A stretch of DNA of 44,872 nucleotides from a virus (taxonomy: Duplodnaviria; Caudoviricetes). A model generated the notes under the pieces. It did not search any database. It was not told the DNA's origin and saw only the letters and a list, made by a program, of their open reading frames with translations. A program made the translations under genes and the position numbers. The stretch spans positions 1 to 44,872 of IMG/VR virus record IMGVR_UViG_3300027753_000027. One strand, 5' to 3'. Position 1 is the first letter of the stretch. The number at the start of each line of letters is the position of its first letter. Positions 43,352 through 44,872 of the stretch are shown one piece after another.

Positions 43352-43471
43352 TCACCATGCCAGCATGAATATCATCATGCCCACTGCGAAGGCTGAGAAG
43401 GCGAGGCCAGAGGCCACACCTTCCAAGAACGCCCAGCGTCTCTCCAATCGCTTCAACTTGCGATAGCTCAT
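43352..43471 (-). CDS. 39-aa single-TM membrane peptide (not in the ORF track)
   Basis: MSYRKLKRLERRWAFLEGVASGLAFSAFAVGMMIFMLAW, with an ATGA overlap at the 43468 stop. Confidence 0.6.
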   Translation of the reverse strand: MSYRKLKRLERRWAFLEGVASGLAFSAFAVGMMIFMLAW

Positions 43472-44166
43472 GACGCGATACCCAGAGCATCCATCATCTC
43501 AACCACACAGGCATCAACAGTGTCGTTCTCGACAGCCGCGCTGTCAGCCGCAGCCTTAGCCGCAGCCGTGTCGCGGTAGGCTTTACGCGCAGCCATCAAC
43601 TCACGCATGACGTTCTGGAACTCATCAAGCTCCTCATCATCAAGGCCATCCCGAAAGACATCACCCTGAACCATCTTGCCGTTCTCATCTTTCTTGGTTG
43701 AGAACTTGCCGACAACCTTCTCTGCCAGCATCTGAGCCTTGGACTTCTCGCCCTCACCCTTGATAGCTTTCGCCAGCTTGTTCTCGCTGTCGATATCCAT
43801 AGCGACAAGGTCAGCAACCACGGCAGAGCCAGTGTACTGAGACGGGATGTCACCGATCTTCTCTTTGATCAGGCGGACGGCACCAACACCGTTCTCGACA
43901 TACCGCTTGACGGTAGCGTCTTTGAGGCCAGCTTCCTCAAGCAAAGCCTTGCGCAGCGTCTTTGAAACAGAGCGCGGCAGGTTGCCCTTGACCAGCTTGA
44001 CCTGAGCGATAGAGGCGATGACCTCGCCGTAGGCTGTCATCTTCTGACCGTTTGCCGCGTCATTGTTGTCGCGGTTCTGACCCTTGAGGGTTCCGATCTC
44101 TTGTTCGGCCTGATAGACCACGTTGATTGAGCTGTCGGAAATTGTAAATTGTTTTGCATTTGTCAT
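43468..44166 (-). CDS. Early hypothetical protein (alpha-helical)
   Basis: I prefer the ATG at 44166 (MTNAKQF, AAGGA RBS). About 232 aa with strongly biased codon usage. Confidence 0.7.
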   Translation of the reverse strand: MTNAKQFTISDSSINVVYQAEQEIGTLKGQNRDNNDAANGQKMTAYGEVIASIAQVKLVKGNLPRSVSKTLRKALLEEAGLKDATVKRYVENGVGAVRLIKEKIGDIPSQYTGSAVVADLVAMDIDSENKLAKAIKGEGEKSKAQMLAEKVVGKFSTKKDENGKMVQGDVFRDGLDDEELDEFQNVMRELMAARKAYRDTAAAKAAADSAAVENDTVDACVVEMMDALGIAS

Positions 44167-44364
44167 CTGTTCATCCTTTAGGCTGACGTTGCGTTGTAGG
44201 CATGATGCCTCCAATGACCCCGGCGAACCGGGATCATTCAAAGTATCACAACAAATGGTAGATGGCGGCGAGTATGCCGCCGTTGATAGCCACGACCAGC
44301 GCAGCCTTGTATATGAAGGGCAATGTCTCAGCCCAGATGTATATCTTGATGATGATGCATTCTC

Positions 44365-44760
44365 CTATGCTGCAATTTTAGTTTCTATCTTTTGGTCCAG
44401 CTCGTGCCAGCCGAATGGCATGCAAACCCATGATGTCCCTGAGCCAGTGTTAGTGACGATGTCACCGACTGACATGCTTGGACGTTTCATCAGCACGATC
44501 TCATTGTGAACATCGTCACAAGTAAAGCCGTTCATGTGATCGAATATCACGGTCAGGGCGTGATCTGAAACAACCTGCAGGCAGGTGGTCATGCGGTAGA
44601 TGTCATGATCGAATGTGGCAGCGACAAGCTCATCAACATTGTCACCGCTCACCAACCCCATGCGGAAGTAGGTGTTCGCCATGTCAGAGTTGCTGTCAGC
44701 ATTGATCTGATCAGACTTATCTTTGCCCAGTTTGCGCTGGTGAATTGTAAAGGTTGCCAT
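44365..44760 (-). CDS. YodL-like early protein
   Basis: ATG at 44760 with a GGAGG RBS. Contains IF..MN, RPSMSVGDIV and W.C..FGW..L. Confidence 0.65.
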   Translation of the reverse strand: MATFTIHQRKLGKDKSDQINADSNSDMANTYFRMGLVSGDNVDELVAATFDHDIYRMTTCLQVVSDHALTVIFDHMNGFTCDDVHNEIVLMKRPSMSVGDIVTNTGSGTSWVCMPFGWHELDQKIETKIAA

Positions 44761-44872
44761 GGTAGTCCCTCCTGTGAAGTTAATAATGCAGCCCCGAAAG
44801 GCTGCACAGTTAAGATCACGATGCCAGTATCGACTGCTCCTCACTTGAGGAGGCGAAGCCTCTCTGAATTAC

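Noticed and set aside
43296-43490. 64-aa ORF in the track
   Set aside because: The overlapping 39-aa frame 43352..43471 has ATGA coupling and a clean TM helix, whereas this one runs through the hairpin and palindrome
1-44872. Stop-codon reassignment or tRNA genes
   Set aside because: Genes are intact and tightly packed under the standard code using all three stops, and no cloverleaf was recognised by eye

Overview
The window is a contiguous piece of a tailed dsDNA phage genome with a podovirus-like layout. The host is probably a marine alphaproteobacterium, which is an inference from gene-family resemblance and is not shown by the sequence. Bases 1-30579 (+) are a late virion module: head-tail adaptor, modular tail fibre/adhesin genes, a tail nozzle protein, two low-complexity Q/Y/G-rich proteins, an embedded holin/M15-endolysin cassette, and internal/ejection proteins ending in a 2972-aa polyvalent protein. 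Bases 30586-44872 are mostly on the - strand and hold early and middle genes: AlpA/Xis-like HTH, HNH-like, SSB-like, Sak-type annealase, PD-(D/E)xK exonuclease, DUF6378, MoxR-type AAA plus VWA/metallopeptidase, DUF6011 and YodL-like. An inverted + strand block carries RusA and a T7-gp4/Twinkle-like primase-helicase. I recognised no capsid, portal, terminase, DNA polymerase, integrase, tRNA or CRISPR array. The most notable observations are: (1) the giant protein is split by repeated basic-(Y/F)-S linkers into a zincin protease, an HhH-GPD DNA-glycosylase-like module, an HDxxGH module, a PBECR-like RNase and an LPD38-like end; (2) a candidate ~110-nt sRNA with its own promoter, a terminator and two anti-Shine-Dalgarno seeds complementary to the phage's own early/middle RBSs; (3) a dispersed palindrome, AGTTC-N4-GAACT, mostly located at translation starts; (4) prion-like repeat proteins; (5) a mix-and-match adhesin system. 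All family calls come from motif recognition by eye, not from database searches.
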